A stretch of DNA of 64,000 nucleotides from Nemertoderma westbladi. Lineage: Eukaryota; Animalia; Xenacoelomorpha. The position numbers were made by a program, and so were the translations under genes. Shown here piece after piece: positions 13,653-25,458 of this stretch. The number at the start of each line of letters is the position of its first letter. The first letter of the stretch is position 1. The notes below the pieces were generated by a model, which saw nothing but the letters and a program-made list of their open reading frames with translations, ran no database searches and was not told the origin of the DNA. The stretch lies in NCBI GenBank assembly GCA_032718475.1, contig JAUCBJ010007105.1:15234-79233 (forward strand), read 5' to 3'.

Positions 13653-16440
13653 ATGTCTTATTCTGATTCTGATGATTCTGCCCCAACTGGCACTGGACCC
13701 TCCAAAGTAATTCCTTCGAAACCAATCCGCCATATAATCGACTGCACTATCTGCGATCCCCCTAGGCCACAGAAGTACCTCTCTACACATCTTCAGAAAG
13801 TTCATAATTTAAGTAAGGAAGAATCCAAACTACGAATGCAAGAATTTAAAGAAGCATGGTCCCAATCTAAATCTACAAAGGTCATCAATAATCTAGAAGA
13901 TTATATTTATACAGTAGTTAGGCAAATTATGGTTTCAAACAATGTTGGGGAGGGGGCTGAGTATTGTCTGATTGGGATATTTTATGGCTAGGTAAAAAAG
14001 TTGATAAGGGTGTCCCAAACAAAGTTATATCATTAAGAGGCAATGACTTTATAAAATATAGAAACGTAGGAAGTCAGGCAGGTAATGGTATTGGCAACGG
14101 GAGACCTTAATGATGGGCAGATTGCTGTAGAAATTCCTTCAGCATCACCTTCAACGATAAACTTGCATTCCCCTACCACACCTTGTTCAGTCATCCTTGC
14201 AAGGTGCGACTCTGTCCTTAAGGATAAAGGTTGTAGGAGGAACTTGAGTTTTTGGTTTTCCTCAGATGATGCCAGATAGTGAAGGAGAGATCATACGACC
14301 TCCTAAACGCCCCAGAGTGATGATGATAGTGATTGAGAAGAGGTGGTAGGGAAGTGTGTCACAACTGGCTATGACTGGGGTGCGCAATCGGTTAAGGGCA
14401 AGCTTGCTATACATGATTTTGACCTAAGGTTTGATCCGACCCATGTACAGGTTCTCCAGAAATGGAAGGACTCCATGGCGGCAGATCAACGTAACAGTCA
14501 AAAATATGTCAAGCAAAACCTTAACACGGTTGCTACTATTGCATTCCAGTTTCAGAGGTGGTTGGGCACTACTGATAAGGGTTTTGTAGAACTGTCAGTC
14601 TGTGACCTTGGGCAGTTGAAGTTGGTGATGGCAGAGGAGCATGATAAATGTGGCATAAAGGGTGAAAGTTTAGATGGCCAACTGAAGTGCCTACTGAGGT
14701 TCTTTCAGTTCAGATCTGGATCAACTGGTGCAGATGAAATATCATCTCACCTACGATCCAAGATCTCCTTGGTCAGAGAGGCTATCAAGAGCTTCCACAA
14801 AAATATCACCTTTTGGTCATCCCTAGAGAGACAGAAGGCGCTAAACTCAATGATTGAGTTTCATGATAAGACTCCAGCAGATGCCCTGTTTCTTGTGAAG
14901 GATGAGAAAATCCTTCATTCTGTGATTGAGGCCCAGAGGAAACTTCACATAGGGTGGATTGATTGCATATTATATTCGTTCTATGTTCGGTACCTCATGG
15001 CCATTATCATAGTTGGGGAGCACCAACGCCCTAGTGTTGCTGGAAAGATGAAGATGGTGGAATTCCGTCGGGCATATAAGCCGCCCTTTGTGTCAGAATC
15101 AAGGCAGCACTTGATTTTGGTTGCTGACCATAAGACAAAGGCAACAAATAATGCTGCAGTTGTCCTCCCGCTACAGGATGATTCAACATTATTGCGATGT
15201 GATTAGATGCTAAAGCAAGCGGGTGTCTCACATAGCAACTATGTGTTCATCAATGGTAGAGGGAAGTTTTATGGGGTCTCTCCCTCTCAGGAGATTGAGC
15301 GGATTCATGAAAGCCTCCATCTTGAGTTTAAGCCTTGTGCCACTCAGATCTGGAAGATAGTTGAGACTGCTGCCTCTAAGCTATCTTGCCAAGAAACTCG
15401 AGATAAGCTGGCATCTTATCTGTCACTATGTGGTTACGAGAGATCATAATTACATATTCGACACAACTAAGAGCTTTGATGGTCATGAATGTATTAAATT
15501 GCTGGCACAAGGCAACGAGCCAGAGCTCATTTCAGAGATCTTTGATGGCTACCAAAGTAGGAACTTCTGGAACTACAAGTCCAAAGACTGCATCTTCTTC
15601 CAAATGACAGTGGACCAGTCCATTGAAAGGAAAGGATGCAGTAATTCAGCTTAAAGAGGCCAAAGAGCAACTTCTGGCCATATACTCTCCAACACACAGT
15701 GTAAAGATTACCCCAGATGATGGAATGCTGCGGGATGCCCTTCTGCACTCTGGTTTAGAGTGCAGTCGCTCTCTCATAAAAATCTAAGAACATACTGGGG
15801 GCATTGGCAGACCATCGAAAGGCAACACTATATATACAAAGTGTATAAAAGAGGTCAGCACTCATTAGACACGAGACACATCCCTCTGAAGTTTTTGGTC
15901 AGTGTCTTATAACTACCAAATCCTTCATATGTGGTGATGTGATCTGCGACTACAATGGGGAACTAATCCCGACAACCAAGTCTGTATGTACAGAGAAACA
16001 AAAAAAAAATGAGGAATTTAGACAATTGCTACAATTTCTTCTTCCAACACCAGCACTCATTAGGACACCTCAAAGTCGAGACACATCCCTCTGAAGTTTT
16101 TGGTCAGTGTCTTATAACTACCAAATCCTTCATATGTGGTGATGTGATCTGCGACTACAATGGGGAACTAATCCCGACAACCAAGTCTGTATATACAGAG
16201 AAACAAAAAAAAAATGAGGAATTAGACAATTGCTACAATTTCTTCTTCCAACACAGATCACAATATTATTATATTAACCCCCAAGATGTATCTTCCTTTG
16301 GCAAGTTCATTATGCATTCCAAGGATGGCAATGTACGGCCAAAGCAAGAAATACATCTTGGAAAGGTTTGTATTATATTTTATGCGATCAAGAACATAAA
16401 GGTTGGATAAATTCTGGCATATGATTATAATGATAGGAGA
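13653..16440 (+). pseudogene. Decayed Crypton-like element: zinc finger + tyrosine recombinase + SET domain
   Basis: CTIC...HLQKVH finger; YR box I (QRPSVAGKMKMVEF...VADHKT) and degenerate box II (ATQIWKIVET...LASYL..H...DHNY across a frameshift); SET motifs GDVICDYNGEL, YNFFF, FGKFIMHS, FYAIKNIKVG*ILAYDYND; several stops and frameshifts. Confidence 0.75.
15856..16254. repeat. ~200-bp tandem duplication inside the SET domain
   Basis: cagcactcatta...ttcttccaacac present at 15856-16050 and 16051-16254. Confidence 0.9.
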
Positions 16441-16486
16441 TCTTGCTCCACAGTTGCAGATTTCTGCAATGCTTGATTTGCAACTA

Positions 16487-16992
16487 TGTAACGTTACAGC
16501 TGTTGTTCCTGGGCTCCACGTCAGTTGGCCCCCTGGCTGATGAGTCTCTACTCAGGCATCTTGCGTGAATGCCAGAATACAGAAATGAAATATAATTACA
16601 TAATTCAGAAGTTTATTTAGTTTTGATGTATATGGCCTAGTATGCTACAGAACAGATAAGCGAACTCTGAATGACTGCATGAAGACTGATAATAATATTG
16701 TAATTCTGAAGACTGAAACTATGAAAAACGACACTGAACTAATACCTTGGGCTTATATACTACTACTACTACTAGGTCGAGCGAACTCGGCTTATATAGT
16801 AATCGAATAATGTCGTCATTGCTGGAAGTGATGACACCAAATTTTCCTAGCAACAAAATATAAACGATAAAATATTGGTCCAGCAAATATATTGTATACA
16901 GCAGCAGTAAAATTTAAATTTCAGTAAATGTATTCAACAGAATAAATGCAAATGAATTAATTTACGTTTAGGGTAAATATAAAATTGTTACG
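16487..16992 (-). mobile_element. Possible degenerate solo LTR
   Basis: Ends TGTAAC...GTTAC; minus-strand TATATAA (~16795) followed by AATAAA (~16615); no TSD found. Confidence 0.3.
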
Positions 16993-18014
16993 ACTTGCCA
17001 CAAATTGATATAAAATATAATAATCCTAATCAAGTGGCTCATCCAGAGTGGCTAAGATAAAGGAGTCTTTCTGGGGGATCACCATTTTCCTACTTACTGT
17101 AGATCACTATGGTTTGTATCCACAAAATACCTTTTCCTTATATTCTCTATTGTTTGAATTCGCTCAGATTATTCTTCACGTAGATCAATGTATGAAACAG
17201 AAGGAAAATCTGTAGATAAATGACCATTGGAGAACAATATATCATCAATTGCTGCAATGGTATTTTTTAGATATTTCTAAAATTGTCTGGCGCCAAAAGA
17301 ATAAGTTTGCAGTTGTTCTTCTACATAGTGCCTACTAATGAGGTTGGCTTCTTCCCTTATTGAAATCAGCAACCATCCCAGCATTCTGGAATGCTATAGG
17401 GAAGGAAGCAACTTCCATAACATCCTCCCGAGCGTTAAAACCAAATGATAAAGAAACTTTGTCCGATGATGGGGAGCGACGGATGATTTTACGGCAATTG
17501 CCTCCTTACAATTTGGGGGGGGAGGGGGGGGGGGGGGGGGTAGCGCATTTTCTGACCAAAAATACGAATTTTTGAAACATATCCTATCTAATGCAGAATT
17601 TCATGCTGAATCCAAATATAGAAACCGTTTTCCCATATCTTGCTTGGTTTTCGAGATAGCTGGGATAGAAGATACTGGCTCCGATATATCGCGTTATCAG
17701 TAAAGGCAATGAAGTTTGGGGTTTGCATTCAATTTCTGCAAATTTATGTGCCCAGTGGTGCCAATTGGATATCTCCACGAGAAGGTATTTTTTTATGATT
17801 ATTGGACCTACTTGTCAGTTTATAAGACCACTTCAAGTCTCCGGAATGAAGACGGGACTCGAATAAGCGACTCTGCGGTCTTTGCGGGATTACACGGGAT
17901 TACACTTTCGGGACATCTAGTTTGGGCGCGGAGAAGTCGATGTCGCCCAGGTACCGGTACTGCTCGATCTCGATCTTCGTAGGTCACCTGGCGTTAATGT
18001 TGATCGATTCTATT

Positions 18015-18557
18015 CACTGGGGAACACAATTTTTGTTGAGTTAGATCTGACAGTTGTTTTTAACTAATTTTGGGCTGCTGAATCCAAAAATGATATCAGC
18101 TTTTCTCTACCACTTTTTGAACTATAGGATCATTCGCTTTATTTTAAATATCAGAAAAACTCTGCGGTTAAAAGATACATAAAATATAATGTTTTTAACT
18201 ATTGCATAGATAGAGATCAAAGACATTGCATTACAACGTTTAGAAATTAGGTAATAGCCACATTAAGGTTATTATAGGGATATATGGCTACTGAAAGTAT
18301 GTTTTAAGGTAAAAATTTACGCTTATAGCTTTTCCTTGAGTGTTCAATCTTTGGACAATCGCGCTTGATGCTCCAGCAATAGTCCGCCATCATATGTGCA
18401 TCCCACCTACCCTGATAACGCTCTTCCATGACCTTCAAATCTTGGTGAAATCGTTCACCCTGCTCATCACTGACAGCACCAAGATTTTCCGGGAAGCTAT
18501 CAAGGTGACTATGAAGAAAGTTCAGTTTTATGCTCATGTTGCAACCGAGTGCTTTGG
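18015..18557 (-). mobile_element. 3' part of a Chapaev3-like (CMC) DNA transposon
   Basis: LGCNMSIKLNFLHSHLDSFPENLGAVSDEQGERFHQDLKVMEERYQGRW...MMADYCW; a CACTGGGGAACA terminus-like sequence at 18015. Family assignment is from recalled motifs. Confidence 0.7.
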
Positions 18558-18759
18558 TATTATACTCAAGATGTGTCAATAAAAAATATTATACTTAAGA
18601 TGTATCTAAATTCTCGGCCGAGATTCTCGGCCGAGTTTTTCTCGGCCGAGATCTCGGCCGAGTTTTCTCTGCCGAGTTTTTCTCGGCCGAGAATCTCGGC
18701 CGAGAATTTAGTTACATCTTAAGTATAATATTTTTTATTGACACATCTTGAGTATAATA
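18558..18759. repeat. 202-bp foldback element containing seven CTCGGCCGAG palindromes
   Basis: Near-perfect inverted arms TATTATACTCAAGATGTGTCAATAAAAAATATTATACTTAAGATGTA... and its reverse complement; internal units at 18613, 18626, 18641, 18653, 18667 (variant), 18682 and 18695. Confidence 0.92.
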
Positions 18760-18856
18760 TTTATTCAGATAGTTTTGGCGTAAACGGCGCTTCATACTGT
18801 AGGTTTAACTGTATTATACCTAATAAGCTTATTATCATTTATTAATTTTTTACAAC

Positions 18857-19060
18857 ATGGTGCGGACATACACACGTCGTAAGCCAGGGAAACGAGGTTA
18901 CCAAAATTATACTTCGGAGAGTATGGAAGCAGCAATTAAAGCCATTTCCAAGGGGACATCGATTAAAAAAGCCTCAAAAATCCATAAAATTCCTTATGGA
19001 ACTCTTTGGACCCATGTTCACAAATATAAAGATGGGAAAGTTGGGGCACCTATTTTCTTT
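18857..19060 (+). pseudogene. pogo/Fot1-like transposase N-terminus (Psq HTH)
   Basis: MVRTYTRR...YTSESMEAAIKAISKGTSIKKASKIHKIPYGTL; truncated. Confidence 0.8.
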
Positions 19061-19899
19061 GCTAGATCAATGAATGCAACAAAGTCTTCACGTATAGCAT
19101 TATCTAAGACATATCGAAGTGAAGTACTAAGCTGTGACTTACAACTTATGTTTGTTGACTCATCAGCTAAAATACAGTAAAATATTTAGCTCTCTTTACA
19201 TCAGCAATGATGTTCTGTCGAATTAGATTCCCCATGAGGCCTATCAGTTCATTCTGAATAACTTCAGACATATATGAAGCATTCTTTGGGGCGTTGTATG
19301 TAAGACTTTTGGTATTCTCATCCGCAGCTTTCAACCTTATTGCAGCTCAGAACACTCCATCATTATGTGATATCAGCTCTTCGGTTAAAGGCCCACAATC
19401 ATGATGGCCTCTCAAGGGGAGTTCTTGGCTTCCACAGAACTCTATGATGCTAGTTCTATTATGTGAGAATGCATGTATATCAGGTTGATTGTACATACAG
19501 TACAATTATAGTGTTTCCCCTACTCCCCAACCACCCCCAACACTAACCACCCCTACCGCACCCCCACCTCCAAAACCGACCCCCCACGTCACCCCCCCCC
19601 CCTCCCCCACCCCCACATCCACACTCCCACACTCGTCCCACACTCGTGTCAGTCATCTGCTGTTTTCATTATTTGATTGTGGGGCTCTAAATTAAAAGAG
19701 CCACTCAGAAATTATATAATAGTGCTTTTACTTTTTTTATAGTGAGTGTTTAACAGCTGTGAAGAGGGAGTGGTGTAGTGTGGCTTATAACTTGCCTTGG
19801 CCACTAGCCGATAGATGTATACCATGTGAGTCAAGAATGTTTCCGCCCTCAACTCGCTGGCTTAGTGTGCCACCCATCCGAATAGCGGATGTATAGTTG

Positions 19900-20355
19900 G
19901 ATAGTGGTATAGACAACTATTTCATTTCTTCATACTTGGAAAAAAGCACCAAGCAATCATTTAGACACAATTACCTACAGTTGGCTCAATTTACCCTCCT
20001 ATTTTTAGAAGGCAATGTTTTAATTGTGGGTGGCCAGCCATCACAATCATGCCATCATGCAAAATGGATGTCCAAGGATATGCATTCAAGATGCCTTCTT
20101 ACGATCTGAAATCCAGAATGTTTATCTTTTAATTGATCAGCTTGATTCAATCACCAGCCTGGCTATATTTATATCAGTATTCTTAACTAAAGCCTGGCTG
20201 ACTTCTACCTCTGTACAGGATGCCACTCAGAACGACGTCGATTTAATGAAGATGTTTTTCAATGCCAAGTTTGCCAGTCAACTTCAGCTCACTAGTTGGT
20301 GCTTCTCGCAATAAGTTGGAAAACTACTTGTGGTATTTATCTGAACGCCTTGTAA
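19900..20355 (+). pseudogene. Degenerate DNA transposase fragment, superfamily unassigned
   Basis: CHHAKWMSK, FISVFLTKAW...A.QND, and LWYLSERL motifs across frameshifts. Confidence 0.55.
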
Positions 20356-20357
20356 CC

Positions 20358-20632
20358 CATATACTGTATATTACTGCATTATCTAAACCCACCCTTGACC
20401 CATATAGACTACTGCAACCTGCATATATCTAAACCCACCCTCCACCCATATAGACTACTGCAACCTGCATATATCTAAACCCACCCTCCACACATATACT
20501 GTATATTATTACTGCTTATCTAAACCCACCCTCGACCTATATAGACTACTGCATACTGCATGTATCTAAACCTACCCTCCACCTATATACTGTACATTAC
20601 TGCATTATCTATAAATCCACCCTCCACTCATA
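20358..20632. repeat. ~46-48-bp minisatellite
   Basis: Six tatctaaacccaccctccacccatata units. Confidence 0.85.
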
Positions 20633-20899
20633 CTTATTTATTTTACCCACTAAAAACGTTTAACAAATTATTATTGACGTTTTCCGTCATTTATCTGCCA
20701 GCAACATTATTTTAATATAAAAATGTAAAAATTAAAATAGATAGAAGATACCTAGATAGTAGATACCTACCCTACATAATGGTAAAAAAATGTAATGAAT
20801 ATAATAAGTAAATTTTAAAAAGAAATAAGCAACACTTACTTTTTAGTCCCAATGTATAGCACATTTAAATGGCACAGACTGCTATGCCTTGATGTGTTT

Positions 20900-21350
20900 C
20901 TCAGTTGTGACCTGAAAGCTGGTTTTCCCCTTGCAATGGTTCTGATGGAGTAACAGTCGTAGGTAAAATTCATAACCGGACAAAGGATGGACAGTATGAA
21001 CACGCCTGACTGTAAAACCGCGCTTACGTTTGTGCCACTTCTTCGTAGAGTGGTTAAACGTAAATTTCTTTGGAAAATCTACGTAGGAAACATCAGTCCC
21101 AGGATTGGTGGCGTTATAGTTAAAGAAGGATGTTAATTCAGTGTTGTGCGACTTCTCTGAAATGACATTTTGAAGATCAGCCTCCTGGCATAATATGACC
21201 ATTTGATCATTCTCCAGATAAATTCGGAGAGCCTGAATGGGGGAATCTGCTGCGTGATTTCGAAGCTCAGGGTGTACCATGCAGCCTCGGGGGCGCCGAT
21301 GTAATGCATATTCTGGTAGCTGGTGATCACGTTGACATCCATGGCATCAA
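20900..21350 (-). pseudogene. Second Helitron RepHel fragment
   Basis: YIGAPEAAWYTLSFEI, LENDQMV, TELTSFF, YVDFPKKFTF, WHKRKRG, VHPLSGYEFYLRLLL...KGKTSF; one frameshift. Confidence 0.85.
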
Positions 21351-21359
21351 GCATGAGCT

Positions 21360-21960
21360 GATCGCCCCCTTAGAATACCTGACCTGACCCGCAAATTTCC
21401 CACATACAACACACCTGTCACGTTTCTTACTATAGTACCTCCAGTACTGCTCCCATTACCTTCAGATATTCCAGACAGCCTATCTGATGTAACCCTTGAT
21501 TTTACAACAACCTTGTCCCATTTCTCCTTATTCCTTATCTCGCACACAAAACCCACAATACTCCTCTCCACCCAACATCGTCTTGCTACACCTTCCACAA
21601 TTTTTCCCAAGCTCCCCGTCAGATCTACTCCCTGCAACATTAATCCTTATCAAGTTAGTTGACCTGTACTTTCTCTTTCTCCTAAACACAGGAATCCAAT
21701 CTGCTCCCTCACAAACAGGCATCTCCACTTTCTCAACCTCACCATTACTCTTTACACAGTCTGAGACCAGAATATCATTCAGATCAGTAGGTTTAACAGT
21801 AGGGGTAATTGGGGATGTAACAGTTGGTGTGACAGTCGAAATGTGAGTATGAGTAGCGACAGGGGTAGGGATAGCATTAGAACAGATGGGACAAGAGCAT
21901 AGCTTCTTACTGTAAAGCTTAGTGCATTTAGAAAAGCGAGACCAACCTGAAGATTTCCTA
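21360..21960 (-). other. Possible decayed Cys-rich ORF1-like fragment
   Basis: CSCPICS and CGRC...CGFC clusters with a Thr/Pro linker; broken by stops; no family recognised. Confidence 0.3.
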
Positions 21961-22379
21961 GTAGTCTTTGTTAGTATTACCAATAATATGAGATATACAA
22001 CTGACAAATGAAAAAAAGTAGAATAAAATGAATAAATAATGACAATAAAATAGTAACTATTATATAAATTATTATTGTAGTTTATACTTATCCATGCAAC
22101 AATGTTGTCGTTCAAAAACAAAAATTAATTTGAAAAGCTGAAAAATAATTAAATATGTAAACTTAGAGATAAACTAGAAATCAAATATATAACCAAAGGA
22201 TGCTTATGTATTTATATTCCACTGTGTAGTGTGTATGATGAATTATTTCACTATAAGGTAGCATTTGTAGTTTAACTTTAACGTAAAAACTTTTGAAAAT
22301 CCGACGTATTTTGATTAAATTACAGTAATGTAATATGCCTATTCATATTTGTACACATAAAACCCTTAGGTACTCTCGT

Positions 22380-22447
22380 GGCGTAGTGGTCAGATGGTTA
22401 AGGCGTTGGTTACATTACGTAGGTTACGAGTTCGAATCCCAGTCGGG
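22380..22447 (+). promoter_or_regulatory. tRNA-like Pol III A/B-box module in the LTR (second copy 37296-37363)
   Basis: GTGGTCAGATGGTTAAGGCGTTGG resembles the D-arm region of tRNA-Ser/Leu; B box GAGTTCGAATCCC; no complete cloverleaf. Confidence 0.6.
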
Positions 22448-22494
22448 AAATTTGTATTTTGGGGCCATTTATTTTCGTGTGGTGCTAATTGGTA

Positions 22495-22740
22495 GGCCAA
22501 TGAGAAGCGTACAGCGTAGCGAATGATGAGCCAGGCCAATCATAGGGCATAAATTATCTTATTGCTCAAATGTGAGGCAGTGGAAAATTCTGTTAGGATT
22601 CCATGTCCCAGATTAGTGTAAGGGCTGGACTGCGTTGAACGATGAGCTGGGCCAATCATAGGGCACGAAGCACTTCATTGCTCAATTGTGAAGCTGTGGA
22701 AATTTCTGTTTAGTTTCCATGTGCAATTTCTAGTATAAAA
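22495..22740 (+). promoter_or_regulatory. LTR Pol II promoter: CCAAT boxes and TATA
   Basis: Three GGCCAAT sites, two within a ~115-bp direct repeat (ggccaatcatagggca...attgctcaa.tgtga.gc.gtggaaa.ttctgtt), then TATAAAA at 22734-22740. Confidence 0.7.
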
Positions 22741-25458
22741 GACCGGTTTGCCTTCGGTTATCACGTTATTATCACCTTATGTTATGTCACTTCTTAGCAC
22801 TTTGTAAAACTCTTACTTTAGTTTCCATTTAGTTTATTTCGGTTTCTTGTTGAAACTTTATTTGATAAATCCTTTTGTAAAACTGTAAATATACTGCAAT
22901 TTCCTGACATGTTTTCTTTTGGTCCGACTTCGGGACAGCCGAACACCAGGGAGATGGCAGCCTAGACCGTTAGGCCGTAAGCAACGCAGGGAAGGGATGT
23001 CCACAACACGCTAGCGCCCACATTTGGATTGACCGCGCACCCCCTTTGCCCCTTCGAAATGCTCAACTTGCTATGCAGCGCCCGCTTTGTGAGAAAGGTA
23101 AGACTTTGTTCGACGCCCTTGCCCGCCGTAAGACCTATAGATCAGGGTAAGCGTGACACCGCACTGGACGCCGCAAATTTAGGATCAAATAATTATATCC
23201 AGACACCCCCCCTTTGTCAAGTCCTACGAACCCCTGGGTTAACCTGTACTTCCTACAGGTGCGAACTATTGCCATTCGTCAGTACGCGAGTACATATTAG
23301 GTACGGACAGCATATGTTCCATAATTTAGTGAGTCGTAGCACTGACTGTTTGGTACCGGTTCGCTTTGTAGAATGTACATTAGTACCCCCCCCCCCCCCC
23401 CCCTGTCTGGAGTTAGCTATTTGATCAGGCAAGGAGCATTTCTGCTACCGGCACACTGCTTGGCCTAGGGAGGTTTATTAATATCCTACCGCGCCTTGCC
23501 ACGTACTGATAGGTATTGCTGCTAACTACCGCAGCAACAAAGTTCTAGAATTAAATTAGTATACCAGATCAGCTAACGTACGGTAGCGATTAACCCCTAT
23601 TCTTATCTTACAACCAGAATCTGGTATTAGTGCCGATCACGGGTGTAGTTACTAACACTGTGGTTGCCCATTGGGTTGTGGATAGGAAGGAGAGAGCTTT
23701 GACGTCATTCGTGAGTATAAAGTTCTACAAACGCGACTAGTTTATTTTAGTAGCTAGCGCACGGTATCATTTTAGTCAGAAAATCACTAAAACCTAGTAA
23801 AAGGAATTACACGAAATTGTTTTATTTGTAACACACCCACACACACACGCCCTAAAACATATCGCCCTTAAAGTTCTACTAGCTATAGCGTACTATACAT
23901 TACGTTAGGTGGAAATTATTTGTATTTGTAAAATTAGGATCTGATTTGATTGCGGCAAGATAAGGAGTATTTCACTTTCGTTATTAAACTGTTGTTTGTC
24001 TGGACAACGGTATTGTTACATTTAGGCCTGACCCTTTAGACTGATTTCGTACAGGGGGATCAGTTATCGTTACATTTAGGCACGACCCCTTTTCGACTGA
24101 TTTAGGACTGTCAGTGTTGTTACGCTAGGTCTGTTAACCCACTAGCTCGTATATAAACCATATAAATCACACCGCGGCAAGTTACTGTATTTAGGACTGT
24201 CAGTGATAGTTAGGATTCGCTGCGCGGGGATTGTTTTCCCGTGAGTTTGGTCTGTTACTGTAACTGTACATCTGCCTTACCGGTTAGAGGACAGGTATCC
24301 TTCTGTCTAGTACGTAGGCATTAGACCCGCTCACGTACATAGAATAGATACAAGGCTCTGTTCCTCGCCAGTAGTCGTTTGTGTACTATATCTGTTTGTT
24401 TAGATATCCTGGACTGGGATTTGTTGTCAGATACTGTACAAGCCCGTATACATTACTAGAGTCTCATAGTAAGATACATCGTTACTAGGATCTGGTAAGC
24501 GGTATACTACTGGACCCTTACAGTAGGAAGTATTTATATAAATTAGTATATATAGTATTTCCGCCGTAGCGTATAGTATAGTTTAGAATTGTTAGCTATT
24601 GAAAGTAGGAGATATTTAAAAATTTAAGGTTAGTAAATTTAGTAATTTAGAACGTCCCCTGCTTCAGTAGGCTTTTAGGGTAGCTAGTACTTTCGTATTT
24701 AATATTTGACTAGCTAACAGTTAGTTTGTAGCACTTTGTTTTACGCCGTGTGTGTGCGGTGTTACTTTTCGGTACTTGAAAAGGTACATAGGGTTTAAAG
24801 ACCAATTTGTATCGGTACCTAGGAAGATTTTTCGTAAGCGTAGAAGTAAAACTCTCACCTTCGACCTTTTCAGGACTCAAGGACTCATTTCTGGACCGCT
24901 TCGAGGATTAGACCGCTTTTCGCAAAGTTTGGGAGACAATAAATTCGTCCGCGCCGCCGAAAAACGGAAAGACCCACGTCCGGTTTGTATTTGGGAATTT
25001 GTACGACTGGAAGATCAAAGGAACGTAAGTTTTACGACTCGCGTCGTTCAAACTTAAGAAAGCACAGTAGTACTCAAAATTTGTGGGTTTCACTGTCTAT
25101 TTAGTAGTGTTGTTGGTACATATTTTCCCGTTAGACGTTGCTGTTTGGCCTATTGTTTATACTTGTTGATCTACATTTTGTTAACGTATACCGTTATCTC
25201 ACTTATTCGTACAAATTTAGCCGGTAGGCTAGATTACTACTTATTTTATTATATACCTTGTTAGTTTATTTGTACCGGTTAGGGTATATATATGATGTAT
25301 ATATATATCAAGGTAAGTTCGACATTTGTACATTTCGACATTTTGACATTTCGACATTCTGACTTGTTGATTTATTTGTACCGGTTAGGTAAGTTTGACA
25401 CTTCAACATTCAGACACTTTGACATTTTATTACCCGTACTTGACGTATATAATAAGAC

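Larger units (their letters stand above)
22236..24522 (+). repeat. 5' LTR (2287 bp)
   Basis: Direct repeat of 37152-39454; about 5 substitutions seen plus poly-C (+2) and CA-repeat (+14) length changes. Confidence 0.96.

Noticed and set aside
16538-16590. CTGATGAG as a hammerhead core
   Set aside because: Could not assemble stem II followed by GAAA plus stems I and III.
22380-22447. Functional tRNA gene
   Set aside because: No proper acceptor or anticodon stems; only the promoter boxes are recognisable.
22335-23424. ORFs within the LTRs (63 aa and ~130 aa)
   Set aside because: No motifs; the longer one starts at TTG and its end changes with poly-C length between the LTRs.
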